DNA of 63,982 bases, counting the filler, from Candidatus Hydrogenedentota bacterium (GTDB taxonomy: Bacteria > JBFMHD01), in NCBI GenBank assembly GCA_040752395.1. It is 10 parts of 10 records of this genome, joined end to end, with 100 filler letters (N's around TTAATTAATTAA, not from the genome) between each part and the next. Parts side by side here need not be neighbours in the genome. Positions count along the whole stretch, not along the records: positions 30,786 to 35,889 come from JBFMHD010000202.1; positions 35,990 to 41,057 come from JBFMHD010000203.1; positions 41,158 to 46,181 come from JBFMHD010000204.1; 7 more parts are not named here. The stretch is one strand, 5' to 3'. The notes below the pieces were generated by a model. That model had not been told where the DNA came from, made no database searches, and saw only the letters and a list, made by a program, of their open reading frames with translations. The position numbers and the translations under genes were made by a program. Below are positions 31,036 through 41,528 of the stretch, piece after piece; position 1 is the first letter of the stretch; each line of letters starts with the position of its first letter.

Positions 31036-31932
31036 ATGATAAATAAAAGAGTGATTAAAATCGGGACAAGAAAAAGTAGACTTGCTGTAATACAAGCCCT
31101 GCTTGTTGCTGATGCGCTGAATAAAGGAGGTTATAATTGTGAATTAATAAAGATTACTACAAAAGGGGATAAATTTCTAAGAAAGCCGCTACAAAAGGTT
31201 GGCGGTAAAGCCCTGTTTGTTAAAGAGATAGAACAAGCTCTTCTAAAAAAAGAGATCGATATTGCTGTACATAGTTTAAAAGACGTCCCTTCAACGATAC
31301 CAGAAGAACTCGCTCTCGTCTCTTTCTTGAAACGAGATGACCCACAGGATGCATTTATATCACCTCGATTTGATGATATTAAAAAAATCTGTAAACCAAT
31401 TACAATCGGTACCACCAGTCTGCGCAGACAAACCCAATTAAAAATTGTTAATGATAACTTCTCTTTTAAAATATTACGTGGTAATATTGATACACGTTTA
31501 AAAAAACTCGATGATAAAGAGTTCGATGCCATAGTTATAGCTTATTGCGGTATAAAAAGACTGGGCATCAAACGAAACGATATATATTCAATAAGTGTGG
31601 ATGATGTAATTCCTGCCTGCGGACAGGGTGTTATAACAATTCAGAGTAGAAAAGATAACCCAATCAATGATGTGTTAGAAAAAATAAATGATTCTGAAAC
31701 TGAGATTTGCGTGTGTTTAGAAAGAGAATTGCAGAAGTTTATAGGAATCAGCTGTTTTATCCCTTTCGGTGCCTATTTTGAAAAGAATAAAGATGAAATT
31801 ATTGGTAGAATATTTCTTAAAATAGAAAATAAAAAAACGTATCTAAAAATCAAAAAACAAGATACCTGGGAAAATCGAAACAAATTACTTGATAATATAA
31901 AGAAAGACATTAAAAGATATCTCGAGAGTTGA
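31036..31932 (+). CDS. hemC: Hydroxymethylbilane synthase
   Basis: IGTRKSRLA, GGKALFVKEIE, AVHSLKD, LRGNIDTRL; start revised to MINKRV. Confidence 0.95.
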   Translation: MINKRVIKIGTRKSRLAVIQALLVADALNKGGYNCELIKITTKGDKFLRKPLQKVGGKALFVKEIEQALLKKEIDIAVHSLKDVPSTIPEELALVSFLKRDDPQDAFISPRFDDIKKICKPITIGTTSLRRQTQLKIVNDNFSFKILRGNIDTRLKKLDDKEFDAIVIAYCGIKRLGIKRNDIYSISVDDVIPACGQGVITIQSRKDNPINDVLEKINDSETEICVCLERELQKFIGISCFIPFGAYFEKNKDEIIGRIFLKIENKKTYLKIKKQDTWENRNKLLDNIKKDIKRYLES

Positions 31933-31935
31933 AAA

Positions 31936-33444
31936 ATGAAAGGTAAAGTTTATTTAATCGGTGCAGGACCCGGCGATAAAGGACTTATTACACAAAAAGC
32001 TGTAAAAATCTTAGAAAAAGCTGATGTAATTATTTATGACCGTCTTGTAAACCCGGACATTATTAAAGAGATACCTCAAAATATAGAAAAGATATATTCA
32101 GGTAAAAAAGGTTGGAAAAAACATACATCTCAAGAAAAGATAAATAAAATAATGGTAAATCTTGCAAAAAAAGGAAAAATCGTTGCAAGACTTAAAGGTG
32201 GAGACCCATTTGTCTTCGGTCGAGGTGCCGAAGAAACACTCTACCTAAAAAAATATAAAATACCGTTTGAGATAATACCAGGTATAACAAGCGCTCTATC
32301 TTGCCCTGTATATGCAGGTATCCCCATCACACATCGCGGTATATCATCTTCTATTACTATAATCACAGGTAATGAAGACCCGAGTAAAAAAGAATCGTCA
32401 ATAAACTGGAATGCTGTGGCACATACTCGTGGCACATTGATTATTTTGATGGGGATGATGAACCTGAATAAAATAACTGAGCGTTTGATAAAAGAGGGGA
32501 TGGCGCAGGAGACACCGGTTTGTATTGTAATGGAAGGAACACATAATCATCAAAAAACATTGATAACTAATTTGAAAGATGCTTATAGAGATTGCAAAAA
32601 ACAGGGTTTTAAACAACCAGCTGTTATTGTTATCGGTTCTGTAGTTAATTTTAAAAAAGACCTTGAGTGGTTCGAAACAAGACCACTACATCAAAAAAAA
32701 ATCATTATTACCCGAGCTCTTCATCAATCAGAAGAGATAAAAGATAGCTTAACAGATTTAGGTGCAGTTGTTTATGAGATACCGAGTATAGAAATTATAG
32801 ATTCGAATAAATCCCGAAAAAAGCTTTATAAGATTATAAAAAATTCTTCGAGTTATGATTTAATAATTTTTACAAGTGCTAATGGTATCGAAGTTTTTAA
32901 AAATCATTTAGATAGGATAGGATACGATTCTCGTTGGTTCGGCGATAAAAAGATTGCTGTAATCGGAGAAGCTACAAAAGATAAACTTTTAAACGAGTTC
33001 AAAATAAAAGCAGATATAATACCAGAAGATTACATATCCGAATCGCTTGCAAAAGAGATTATTAAACATAAACACTCAGTAAGAAAAGCAATCTTATTTT
33101 GTGCTGAGAGAACAGGTGAGATACTGACCCGGTTATTAAAGAAGAAAGGTATCGATATTGAAATACTACCCTTATATAGAATTAGAAAACCAAAACAGAC
33201 AAAAAAACTTTTTTACAGAATACGAAACGAAAAGATAGATTATATCATATTTACAAGTCCTTCTACGTTCATTAACTTTTTTAATATCAACGGCACCAGA
33301 CAATTTCTTAAAAAATTAAAAATTATTTCAATAGGTCCAATAACATCAAAAACTATACGCAGATATGGTTACAAAGTATATCTCGAGTCTAAGAAGCACT
33401 CTATCTCAGGTATATTGCAGTTCCTATGCAGAGGGATCGTCTGA
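31936..33444 (+). CDS. cobA: Uroporphyrinogen-III C-methyltransferase / synthase fusion (CobA-HemD)
   Basis: GAGPGD, RLKGGDPFVFGRG, then FTSANG, FTSPST, SIGPITS of HemD. Confidence 0.93.
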   Translation: MKGKVYLIGAGPGDKGLITQKAVKILEKADVIIYDRLVNPDIIKEIPQNIEKIYSGKKGWKKHTSQEKINKIMVNLAKKGKIVARLKGGDPFVFGRGAEETLYLKKYKIPFEIIPGITSALSCPVYAGIPITHRGISSSITIITGNEDPSKKESSINWNAVAHTRGTLIILMGMMNLNKITERLIKEGMAQETPVCIVMEGTHNHQKTLITNLKDAYRDCKKQGFKQPAVIVIGSVVNFKKDLEWFETRPLHQKKIIITRALHQSEEIKDSLTDLGAVVYEIPSIEIIDSNKSRKKLYKIIKNSSSYDLIIFTSANGIEVFKNHLDRIGYDSRWFGDKKIAVIGEATKDKLLNEFKIKADIIPEDYISESLAKEIIKHKHSVRKAILFCAERTGEILTRLLKKKGIDIEILPLYRIRKPKQTKKLFYRIRNEKIDYIIFTSPSTFINFFNINGTRQFLKKLKIISIGPITSKTIRRYGYKVYLESKKHSISGILQFLCRGIV

Positions 33445-33668
33445 TAGCTTCTCACTTATACTTTCTCCAAAAAATTCTTTTATTGCTGATGCAATATTTT
33501 TTGAGTTGCCCTTTTTCGTGATATATAAAAATCAATATCGTAAGTAAACCTCGGCTCTGCATGAAACGATACACCATAAGCTCCAGTAATACAGTACTCA
33601 ACCTTATGTTTATTCAGTATTCTAATAAAGTCTTCAAAATCAGGATTAGTAAGAAATTTTTTACTCAT
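33424..33668 (-). pseudogene. N-terminal half of a nucleotidyltransferase, frameshifted
   Basis: VEYCITGAYGVSFHAEPRFTYDIDF, continuing in another frame as NSKNIASAIKEFFG, then stop. Confidence 0.65.
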
Positions 33669-33738
33669 AGCAGATTATATATACAGAATTTTTCGTTATA
33701 CGTCAAATTTTTTAAGCTAATAAAGAAAAATGGTGTAG

Positions 33739-33766
33739 TTGACATACTTTAAGAAATTGTTATTAT
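33739..33766 (+). promoter_or_regulatory. Putative sigma70 promoter with extended -10
   Basis: TTGACA-16 bp-TATTAT with TG at the extended position, 7 nt before ATG 33774. Confidence 0.45.
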
Positions 33767-33773
33767 TAAAAAT

Positions 33774-34658
33774 ATGAAATATATAAAAATCGATAAAGAT
33801 TTTGATGATACTCGAATAGATAAATATCTACGAAAATTATTTCCCAACACCTCTTTGTCCATAATATATAAATTCATTAGAAAAGGATTGATTAAGGTTA
33901 ATAATAAAAGAGTAGGACATTCATACAGATTGGCTTTAAATGACATTGTTTCCTGGCCTGATTGGCTTTATAGTTTCTCAGAGATTAACAAGGAGAAGCT
34001 GTTTCGACAACGACTGGTTAAAAATAGTGATTACAAGCGGGATTTTCATTTCAAGGTATTATATGAGGATGAGAACCTTTGTATAATAAGTAAGCCTAAA
34101 AATATAACTGTTCATCAGGGTAATGATAAAAACAAGCCATCTATATCCTCGCTTCTTAAAATACCTGGTTGTTTGTATTCGCCGTCGCCGGTTCATAGGC
34201 TTGATTATGATACAACAGGTTGCTTGCTAATAGCCCGGGATAGAAATACAGCAAAGATATTAAGTTTATATTTCAAAGAAAATAAAATAGATAAATATTA
34301 TCTTGCAAAAGTAAGAGGTAGAATAACAGAAGAGAAAGAAATAGCTTATTCTCTTTCAAATAAATGTGCTATTACCCGGATCAAACCTTTTTATACAAAA
34401 GATGATTATTCTGTACTATTTATCAAACTAATTACAGGTAGAAAGCATCAGATAAAATATCATCTAAATAAGATAGGCCATCCTGTTTTAGAACTGCATT
34501 GTTTTTCACTTGGTTTTATACATCCTGAAACAAAAAAATATTTGTATATGGTCGATAAAAATATTGACTGGTTAGATAAAAAATTGGTTAACGCTATGGT
34601 TGTAGCTGAGAAAAAAATGAGAAGAAAGAGGGATGTTTTATGCGAGTCTGTGTCTTAG
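33774..34658 (+). CDS. RluA/RluC family pseudouridine synthase
   Basis: S4 domain RIDKYLRK, VHRLDYDTTG, TGRKHQI, LHCFSLGF.HP. Confidence 0.9.
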   Translation: MKYIKIDKDFDDTRIDKYLRKLFPNTSLSIIYKFIRKGLIKVNNKRVGHSYRLALNDIVSWPDWLYSFSEINKEKLFRQRLVKNSDYKRDFHFKVLYEDENLCIISKPKNITVHQGNDKNKPSISSLLKIPGCLYSPSPVHRLDYDTTGCLLIARDRNTAKILSLYFKENKIDKYYLAKVRGRITEEKEIAYSLSNKCAITRIKPFYTKDDYSVLFIKLITGRKHQIKYHLNKIGHPVLELHCFSLGFIHPETKKYLYMVDKNIDWLDKKLVNAMVVAEKKMRRKRDVLCESVS

Positions 34659-35551
34659 GCATAGGAGCTGTTGGCGGTTATTATGGGGGAAGACTTGCTT
34701 ATCATTCAGCATGGGATGTAATATTTATTGCTCGCGGTCCAGCGTTTTCCTATCTAAAGAACAATCCTTTAGAGGTTAAAAGTGTTAATGGTAATTTCAG
34801 TGTAAAAGTTCCTGTATTTGAAGAAGTACCTCCTGATTTTCACCCTGACATTATAATAATCTGTACAAAATCATATGATACTTTACAAGCAATAGAAACT
34901 CTTAAGAATTCTGATACTCCTTGTACTCGGATTCTGTGTATCCAGAATGGTATTGAGAACGAAAAAAAACTTGAGGATTATAAATTTAAAGGTTGGGTGT
35001 TAGGAGGGGTTGCATTTATAGCTTCGCAGGCTGTAGAGCCTGGTAAAATTGTTCATCAATCTGTTGGCGGCCTTGGGATCGGTGCTATGGATGAGCATAA
35101 TAAAGATTTTGCAAAATTATTAGTTGATGAGTTTAATAGATGTAAAGTTGAGACAAGATATCTTGAGAATGTGTTATTTCATAAATGGAAAAAACTTATG
35201 TGGAATGCTGCGTTTAATTCTCTAACAACAATTACAGGTAAAACCGTTATACAGCTGCTTAATAATAAAAAAACATTAGATATAATCAGGTCAACAATGG
35301 AAGAGGTAAAAATAGTTGCAAATAAAGAAGGGTATGATTTATGTGATAAAGATATAGAAGATATGATAAGCGCTTCTTATGATGTTGGAGATTATAAGAC
35401 ATCAATGTTACTTGACTTGGAACGTAAAAAACCAACTGAAAATGATGATATTTCAGGAGCTGTTGTAAGGTATGGTAAAAAACATAATATATCTACACCT
35501 TTTAATCTTGCGTTTTATTCTATTATCTCTTTATTAGAGCAGTCTGCCTGA
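34640..35551 (+). CDS. panE: 2-dehydropantoate 2-reductase
   Basis: GIGAVGGYYG, KSYD, QNG, WKKLMWN, KTSMLLD...TE. Confidence 0.92.
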   Translation: MRVCVLGIGAVGGYYGGRLAYHSAWDVIFIARGPAFSYLKNNPLEVKSVNGNFSVKVPVFEEVPPDFHPDIIIICTKSYDTLQAIETLKNSDTPCTRILCIQNGIENEKKLEDYKFKGWVLGGVAFIASQAVEPGKIVHQSVGGLGIGAMDEHNKDFAKLLVDEFNRCKVETRYLENVLFHKWKKLMWNAAFNSLTTITGKTVIQLLNNKKTLDIIRSTMEEVKIVANKEGYDLCDKDIEDMISASYDVGDYKTSMLLDLERKKPTENDDISGAVVRYGKKHNISTPFNLAFYSIISLLEQSA

Positions 35552-35767
35552 CATTACTACGATATTTTTCTTGCACACCAATCTATCCTTTACTATAGCC
35601 AGAGAAAAAATAAAGTAATCCTAGATGGTCGTTGAGAGCGTTAGAAAGTAAGAATAACAAACTCCACTCAAGACAGAGGAATTACAATAAAATAAAAAAT
35701 TATATTGCAAAGAACTAAAAAAACTATTAGACTTTCTAAAATAACATCTAATTTTTGCTGTGATAAG

Positions 35768-35889
35768 TGAGGCACTGCCTCATCCGTCTCTTTGTCAACA
35801 AAATTTATGCTTCTTACGGCCATAGTTCGCTGCCTCTATATGGCATAGCAGTTTCCAGATGGTAGAATGGCTTGAGGCACTGCCTCATC
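35768..35889. repeat. Two copies of REP-like palindrome TGAGGCACTGCCTCATC
   Basis: Identical 17-mers at 35768-35784 and 35873-35889; contig ends at the second. Confidence 0.7.
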
Positions 35890-35989
35890 NNNNNNNNNNN
35901 NNNNNNNNNNNNNNNNNNNNNNNNNNNNNNNNNTTAATTAATTAANNNNNNNNNNNNNNNNNNNNNNNNNNNNNNNNNNNNNNNNNNNN

Positions 35990-37320
35990 GTGATTATGGC
36001 AGGTCGCACTGGATTACAAAAGATGCATCAAGCGGTGAAGAAAATCCACAGCATTATATGGAAAACAGATTCTGGTTTGACGTTGCTCCTTCTGTATGGT
36101 CGTTCTTAAAAATGACTGTTAAAGGTGGGGGCAGCAGATTTGATGTTCAAATGCAAGAAGGCGCTCTTTGTATTGGAAAGTATGGCAAGGATAGTAAAGG
36201 TAAAGACTGGGGAGTTGAGTTGAAACCATTTAAAAACTGGGGTGAATATAATATCGGCCATAATATTGATTTAGTGTCAAATGACAGCAGTCGGTGGGAT
36301 TTCAATACTGGCGGAGTGAGGTTTAATGCATGGGGTAAAGACTTCTGGAGCCATTTTGTAACAGGGCCATCTGCTGATGGTCAGGATCAGCTGGCTGGTC
36401 GATGGGGTAAAAATTTTTTTAATGCGCAATTAACTTTAGCGAATTTTGGTGGTTATAAAAGATGGGATGCCGGGAGTAATTACAATTATTACTGGGGGTT
36501 TGAGATACGGGGTAATCACAAAAACTTTTTCTCACCTGCAAATGTATATTATCAGTTTAACTGGGCCACTTCCAATACTACTAATATTGTAAGAACATCT
36601 GACAATAATTTACTTGATTTTGAGATAAGAGACTTTCAGTTTTATGGATTAAAATTTGGGACACTGGGTTTTAATTTACGGTATGCAGATTATGACAAAG
36701 ATTTCAGAGACTATATATCAAATACATTTGGGGCGGTACCGGATAGAAAAGAATATTATGGCGAAACATACTATAATTTTCCTGCAAAAATGGCTACACT
36801 TGTTATAAGCGAGACATATCGTGAGAACCAGGCTGGTGTAAAACTAAACGAGGACTTTAATTCAAGATTAGAGATATCATTTATAAATAATTTTTCTACG
36901 AAATTTATCTATAAAAATTACAAAGACTCTAATGGTATTTATCCTAATTATATATTTTGGCTTAAAGCAGCAGATGAGATGGGGTTTATTCGAGCCGGAT
37001 TTAGAATAAGAGACCCTGAAACTATTTATAAAAAGCGATTTTTTGGCGTCGAAGGCAATTATAATATATCAAAACAACTGATGTTTTTTAGCCGTTTAAT
37101 CGTTTCTGAAGAGGTTCTGACAGAAAATTATAAACAGAGTTTATTTCTGCAATTGAGATATAACTGGGAAAATACAAGGTTTTATCTTGAGTACGGTCCT
37201 ACATGGATAGGTTCGAACTCGCTTGTAGAAGATGATAATACAGCTGACCTGTTATATGATGATGATTGGGAAAGAAAGAATCAGGACCGTATCCAATTTT
37301 TATTCCAGGCAGACTGGTAA
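35990..37320 (+). CDS. Putative outer-membrane beta-barrel protein, 5' truncated
   Basis: Frame open to the gap; aromatic/Gly/Asn-rich alternating strands; ends IQFLFQADW. Confidence 0.65.
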
Positions 37321-37326
37321 GATCAA

Positions 37327-37477
37327 GAGATGATATGAAATCAGTCTAAAAGTCAAAGAATCGTGAGTCGTGAGTTAGCAGCCTTTAGTCGTCAGTCTTT
37401 AGTCATTAGTCTTTGACTTATGACTGGCAACTTATTGACTGATTTTACGACTTGAGACTTAAGACTGTTTATAGGAG
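37327..37477 (+). repeat. Divergent copy of the RBS-ending repeat
   Basis: Starts GAGATGATATG, inverted AGTC/GACT heptamer arrays, ends TTTATAGGAG 6 nt before ATG. Confidence 0.7.
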
Positions 37478-37483
37478 TTATTT

Positions 37484-39664
37484 ATGAGAACCAAATTTAT
37501 TAAATTGGTGATTTTATTGATTATTATCTCGCTCTGGATAATAGATTATATTAAAGCACAGCCTTTGCCAGTTACTATTGAAGCAGGTGAGATAGTATTT
37601 CGGTATCAGGATGCGTTTGCTGATAAGGTTACTATAGCAGGTAATTTTAATAACTGGAACCCTGACCAATATAAATTACGCAAAGAAAAAGATGATATAT
37701 TTGTAATAAAACTTAAACTTGATGTAGGGATGTATGAATATAAATATATAATAGATGGTAACTGGATGAGTGGTGATAATATTAAACTCAAGGTGATACG
37801 AAATGAGAGAGGGGAGTTAGAGGTAAAAGAAAAAACAGCTCAATATAATATACTCTCGAATACAAAAGTTTATGTTAATGGTGGCTATTTTTTCAAAGGT
37901 GGAACAAAATTTGAAGACAAAAGTAATAATAATCGTTATTCCTGGCGGATTACAAAACCTGATAATGAGATGGACCTTAATATAGAACTCTCAATTAATC
38001 AGAATGTTTCAGTCTTTGCTAATCTGAACGCAAATTATACTGAGAGAGGGGATGCTCAATTTCGGATGGATGAAGCAAGTATGAGAGGGGAGCTCGGACC
38101 TGTATCTATAACTGGTTTTTTAAATCAGCGATTAGTTGATATTGATGACCCGCTTCGAATAATCGATTATTCTTACAGACTTTATACAGAGGATGATGCG
38201 TGGACCGAACACTGGCATTATATCCGTGCCGAAGACCCGTTCAGATATTATGGCAGTATCTCTAATTTAGCCACAAGAGAGATGTTTCTTATTGGTGAAC
38301 AAAGAACAGAAGATTGTTTATATGGTAAAGGTTTACAGGGCGGTATTTTACAATTCGAGCCCTGGGGGTTTAATAACACCTTCTTCTTTCTTGATTCTAT
38401 AAGGTCTGACAGAGTCTTTTTCGGGTATCGTGGTAAAAAATCCTGGGATATGTTTTATATCGGTGGTCTTTTCTATACTGATAGAATTGAAGACGGGTTA
38501 TGGGGAAATCTTGATTTTGGAGGCGACAGGTATGTAACTGTTGCTGAAAACGGGATGAATTATTCTAATGCTGGTGGTGCTGATAGATGGTGGAGATTGG
38601 ATTCACCTAATCTATGGGTACATAACTTCGATAATGTTATTATTCTTGATGCTGATGGCAGAAACCAGAACAGGCTCGCAGGCATTGATGCAGGTCTCCT
38701 GTTTGATTATGTCAAACTTTATTTTGAATACATAAATGAGCATCGGGAATCAGCCTATGTAGCGAGTCTCGATGGTGTAAATGACGCGTTCAATAATGCA
38801 ACTGAGTATTCAAGATATTTTTATGGTAGAAACGATGGCACCTATACAAGGGCTTTTGGGGCACAGGAATTTGGTGGTGACCATCGTGGCAATATCTTTC
38901 TTGTTGGGTGTAGATTTGATATTATAAAAAGTTTTGATGCTGATTTATTCGTATATTTTCACGATAGAGAATCAGTGCTTCTGCCTCTTTATGGCGATAC
39001 AGACACTCTTTTAAGAGTCTCACCGCAGAGAGACACTATAACTGGCAGATTAAGATATAAAGGCAAGCGATTTAATGCAGGGTTAGAATTATCATATACA
39101 AGAATCGATGATTATCCAGTGGTCACATTTGAGAACATTTATGATGAATACGGGTTTTACGGTCTCGAAATACTTGGTGCTAAAAAACGTAATACAGCCA
39201 CGCTTCTTATGAACTGGAAACCTATCGATAGAATAGATATCTTCTTTGGGGATAGATATAAAAACTTCAGATACTATGACAAGAAAGCTGATGTTAATTT
39301 TACTGATTTTGTATTCAAGTTTAAATGGACCAAAAGATTATATAATGATGCAGGGATCCGGTTAGTAAATTATGATGTTAATACAGTTGACCACACTTAT
39401 ACTTTCCCCCATCTTGGTATAGGATACCAATTTTTGAAGAATGTAAATTTAAGATTATACTACGGAATAGATTATCTATTTGATGATGATAAACTTGAGG
39501 GTGGTAGATATGATTTGTGGAGTAAATACGGTTATGGCGCTGAACGAGCCGTATACTCATATAACCCTAATATCGACCCTAATGTTAATGATTTATTCCA
39601 TGCTGAAGATTTACTGAAAAAAGAGAAACGAGTTGTTCTTGAAGCAAAAGTTATATTCGAATGA
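37484..39664 (+). CDS. CBM48 domain fused to putative outer-membrane beta-barrel
   Basis: Signal peptide, KVTIAGNFNNW...YEYKYIIDGNW, then ~600 aa of amphipathic strand pattern. Confidence 0.7.
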   Translation: MRTKFIKLVILLIIISLWIIDYIKAQPLPVTIEAGEIVFRYQDAFADKVTIAGNFNNWNPDQYKLRKEKDDIFVIKLKLDVGMYEYKYIIDGNWMSGDNIKLKVIRNERGELEVKEKTAQYNILSNTKVYVNGGYFFKGGTKFEDKSNNNRYSWRITKPDNEMDLNIELSINQNVSVFANLNANYTERGDAQFRMDEASMRGELGPVSITGFLNQRLVDIDDPLRIIDYSYRLYTEDDAWTEHWHYIRAEDPFRYYGSISNLATREMFLIGEQRTEDCLYGKGLQGGILQFEPWGFNNTFFFLDSIRSDRVFFGYRGKKSWDMFYIGGLFYTDRIEDGLWGNLDFGGDRYVTVAENGMNYSNAGGADRWWRLDSPNLWVHNFDNVIILDADGRNQNRLAGIDAGLLFDYVKLYFEYINEHRESAYVASLDGVNDAFNNATEYSRYFYGRNDGTYTRAFGAQEFGGDHRGNIFLVGCRFDIIKSFDADLFVYFHDRESVLLPLYGDTDTLLRVSPQRDTITGRLRYKGKRFNAGLELSYTRIDDYPVVTFENIYDEYGFYGLEILGAKKRNTATLLMNWKPIDRIDIFFGDRYKNFRYYDKKADVNFTDFVFKFKWTKRLYNDAGIRLVNYDVNTVDHTYTFPHLGIGYQFLKNVNLRLYYGIDYLFDDDKLEGGRYDLWSKYGYGAERAVYSYNPNIDPNVNDLFHAEDLLKKEKRVVLEAKVIFE

Positions 39665-39690
39665 CAATCTCATCGATGTTGTGAGGTTTA

Positions 39691-40635
39691 ATGTTTAAGA
39701 TTAGATTTATTATTTTTTTAGTTATGTTATATTATACAACCACTCTATTTGCAAACGGTGCTGGCTCAACCACGTGCGATTTCTTATTAATAGATTATTC
39801 TACAAAATCATCGGGTATGGGGTCATCTTATGCAGGATGCTTTAACCATCCTGATGCATTGATTTTTAATCCTGCAGGACTTGGTTTTATCAGACAGAAT
39901 ATATTTACAGCAAGCCATTTAGAATATCTTGCTGAGATGAGATATGAGTATATTGCTATGGTTCATAAATTATATGATGATTGGAACTGGGGTGCAAACA
40001 TTGTATATCGTGGATCAGATGAAGTGGCAAGAGACTCAAAAGGCAGAGATATCGGAGAATTTGTTAACAGAGATATATTTGCAACCTTTGGCGCAGGCTA
40101 CCCTGTGAATAAATATTTCTCGTTTGGGATCGCAGCAAAAGTGATTTATCAGCGACTCTTTGATAGGAATGGCTGGACTTTTGCAGTTGATGGCGGCATG
40201 CATTTACAGAAACAATGGAAAAATGTAAAATTTATAACAGGTCTGTCATTAATGAATCTGGGGCCTGATATAAGTTATGATGGTGCAGAAGGACCGCTAC
40301 CGATATTGTGGCGTGTCTCATTTGGTCTGGATTTTTCAATAAAAAAACATCAGTTCTTAATCACTCAGGATTCAAGAATAATAAAAAAGAATGAACCTGA
40401 TTTTTCGTTCGGGATTGAATACAAACCAAATAATTATTTCGGCTGCAGGATAGGTTTTGTTGGTGGTAAAGAGATGACAGATTTCAATTCACCGAGAATA
40501 GGGTTTTCATTTTATCAGAAATATGGCACTTTTGATTATAGTTTCAGGCGTCTCAAAGGGCTTGATGATATACACCAGATAAGTTATACTATACCATTTG
40601 GAAAAGGCAGGTGGCTAACAGAGATGGAAAAGTAA
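39691..40635 (+). CDS. PorV/PorQ-like (UPF0164) beta-barrel protein
   Basis: FL.I......GMG, FNPAGL, F..DGG, NLGP, H.IS motifs. Confidence 0.75.
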   Translation: MFKIRFIIFLVMLYYTTTLFANGAGSTTCDFLLIDYSTKSSGMGSSYAGCFNHPDALIFNPAGLGFIRQNIFTASHLEYLAEMRYEYIAMVHKLYDDWNWGANIVYRGSDEVARDSKGRDIGEFVNRDIFATFGAGYPVNKYFSFGIAAKVIYQRLFDRNGWTFAVDGGMHLQKQWKNVKFITGLSLMNLGPDISYDGAEGPLPILWRVSFGLDFSIKKHQFLITQDSRIIKKNEPDFSFGIEYKPNNYFGCRIGFVGGKEMTDFNSPRIGFSFYQKYGTFDYSFRRLKGLDDIHQISYTIPFGKGRWLTEMEK

Positions 40636-40677
40636 TATACTGCTCCCCTGAATTGAAAGATTATGAAGTCAAGTAGT

Positions 40678-40695
40678 GAGGGTCACAAGACCCGT
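40678..40695. repeat. Short hairpin repeat; second copy inverted at 46125-46142
   Basis: GAGGGTCACAAGACCCGT and its exact reverse complement. Confidence 0.6.
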
Positions 40696-40724
40696 AGTAT
40701 AGCCGGCTTTACCCATCCATAGAG

Positions 40725-41057
40725 AGGCACAAAGGCACAAAATTAAATTCAAAATTAAAAATTAAAAATTAGAAAACAGGAGACAGGAGACAGAAGTTAG
40801 GAGTTGAAGAGTTGAAGAGTTAAAGAATGTATTGAGTTTTTGGGTTATTGGGTTCTTGCGTTCTTGGGTTATTGGGTTATTGGGTTTTTGCGCTCTACAC
40901 AAGGTATGAAAAACTAAAGATGATATGTTGGCTTCAGGCTCCGGGCTTTTGGCTCCAGCCGGCTGTAGTCCGTAGCCTGTAGCCTGTCCTGATACCTCTC
41001 ACTTCTTCCGTTATCTTGCTTCTTGCTTCTACTTGATATCATTAGAGTTACAATGTT
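40725..41057 (+). repeat. Composite modular repeat cut by contig end inside the terminal module
   Basis: 7-8-mer arrays, GCGCTCTACAC, AAAACTAAAGATGATATG, CAGCCGGCTG, ends ATTAGAGTTACAATGTT at the gap. Confidence 0.9.
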
Positions 41058-41168
41058 NNNNNNNNNNNNNNNNNNNNNNNNNNNNNNNNNNNNNNNNNNN
41101 NTTAATTAATTAANNNNNNNNNNNNNNNNNNNNNNNNNNNNNNNNNNNNNNNNNNNNAATAATATAAT

Positions 41169-41513
41169 ATGGAATTTATTACAAAATGTATCAGATGTAA
41201 CACTGAAAATGATCCAAAAGAATCATTCGTATGCAAGAGATGCGGTGGAAACCTCGAGGTTATATTTGATTATAAAGAAAAAATGAGATTGTTCAACTTG
41301 GCATTGCACCTAATAGGATCGACATTTTATTGAATCTACCCGGCATCAGATTTAACACTGTTTGGGAAAAAAGAATAAGAAGCAAATATGGAGACGTAAC
41401 TGCAAATTGGATTGATATAGATAGTCTAATTAGTATTAAGAAAAAAAATTGATCACCCCAGACATCAGGATGACGCAAATATCTTAATGCAAGTTAAAAA
41501 GATAAAAAAATAA
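41169..41513 (+). pseudogene. Chimeric remnant: Zn-ribbon N-terminus (threonine-synthase-like) joined to a nucleotidyltransferase C-terminal half
   Basis: KCIRC...CKRCGGNLEVIFDY, then in another frame IVQLGIAPNRIDIL...SLISIK and after a frameshift HPRHQDD. Confidence 0.55.
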
Positions 41514-41528
41514 ACTGCCACGTGTCAT

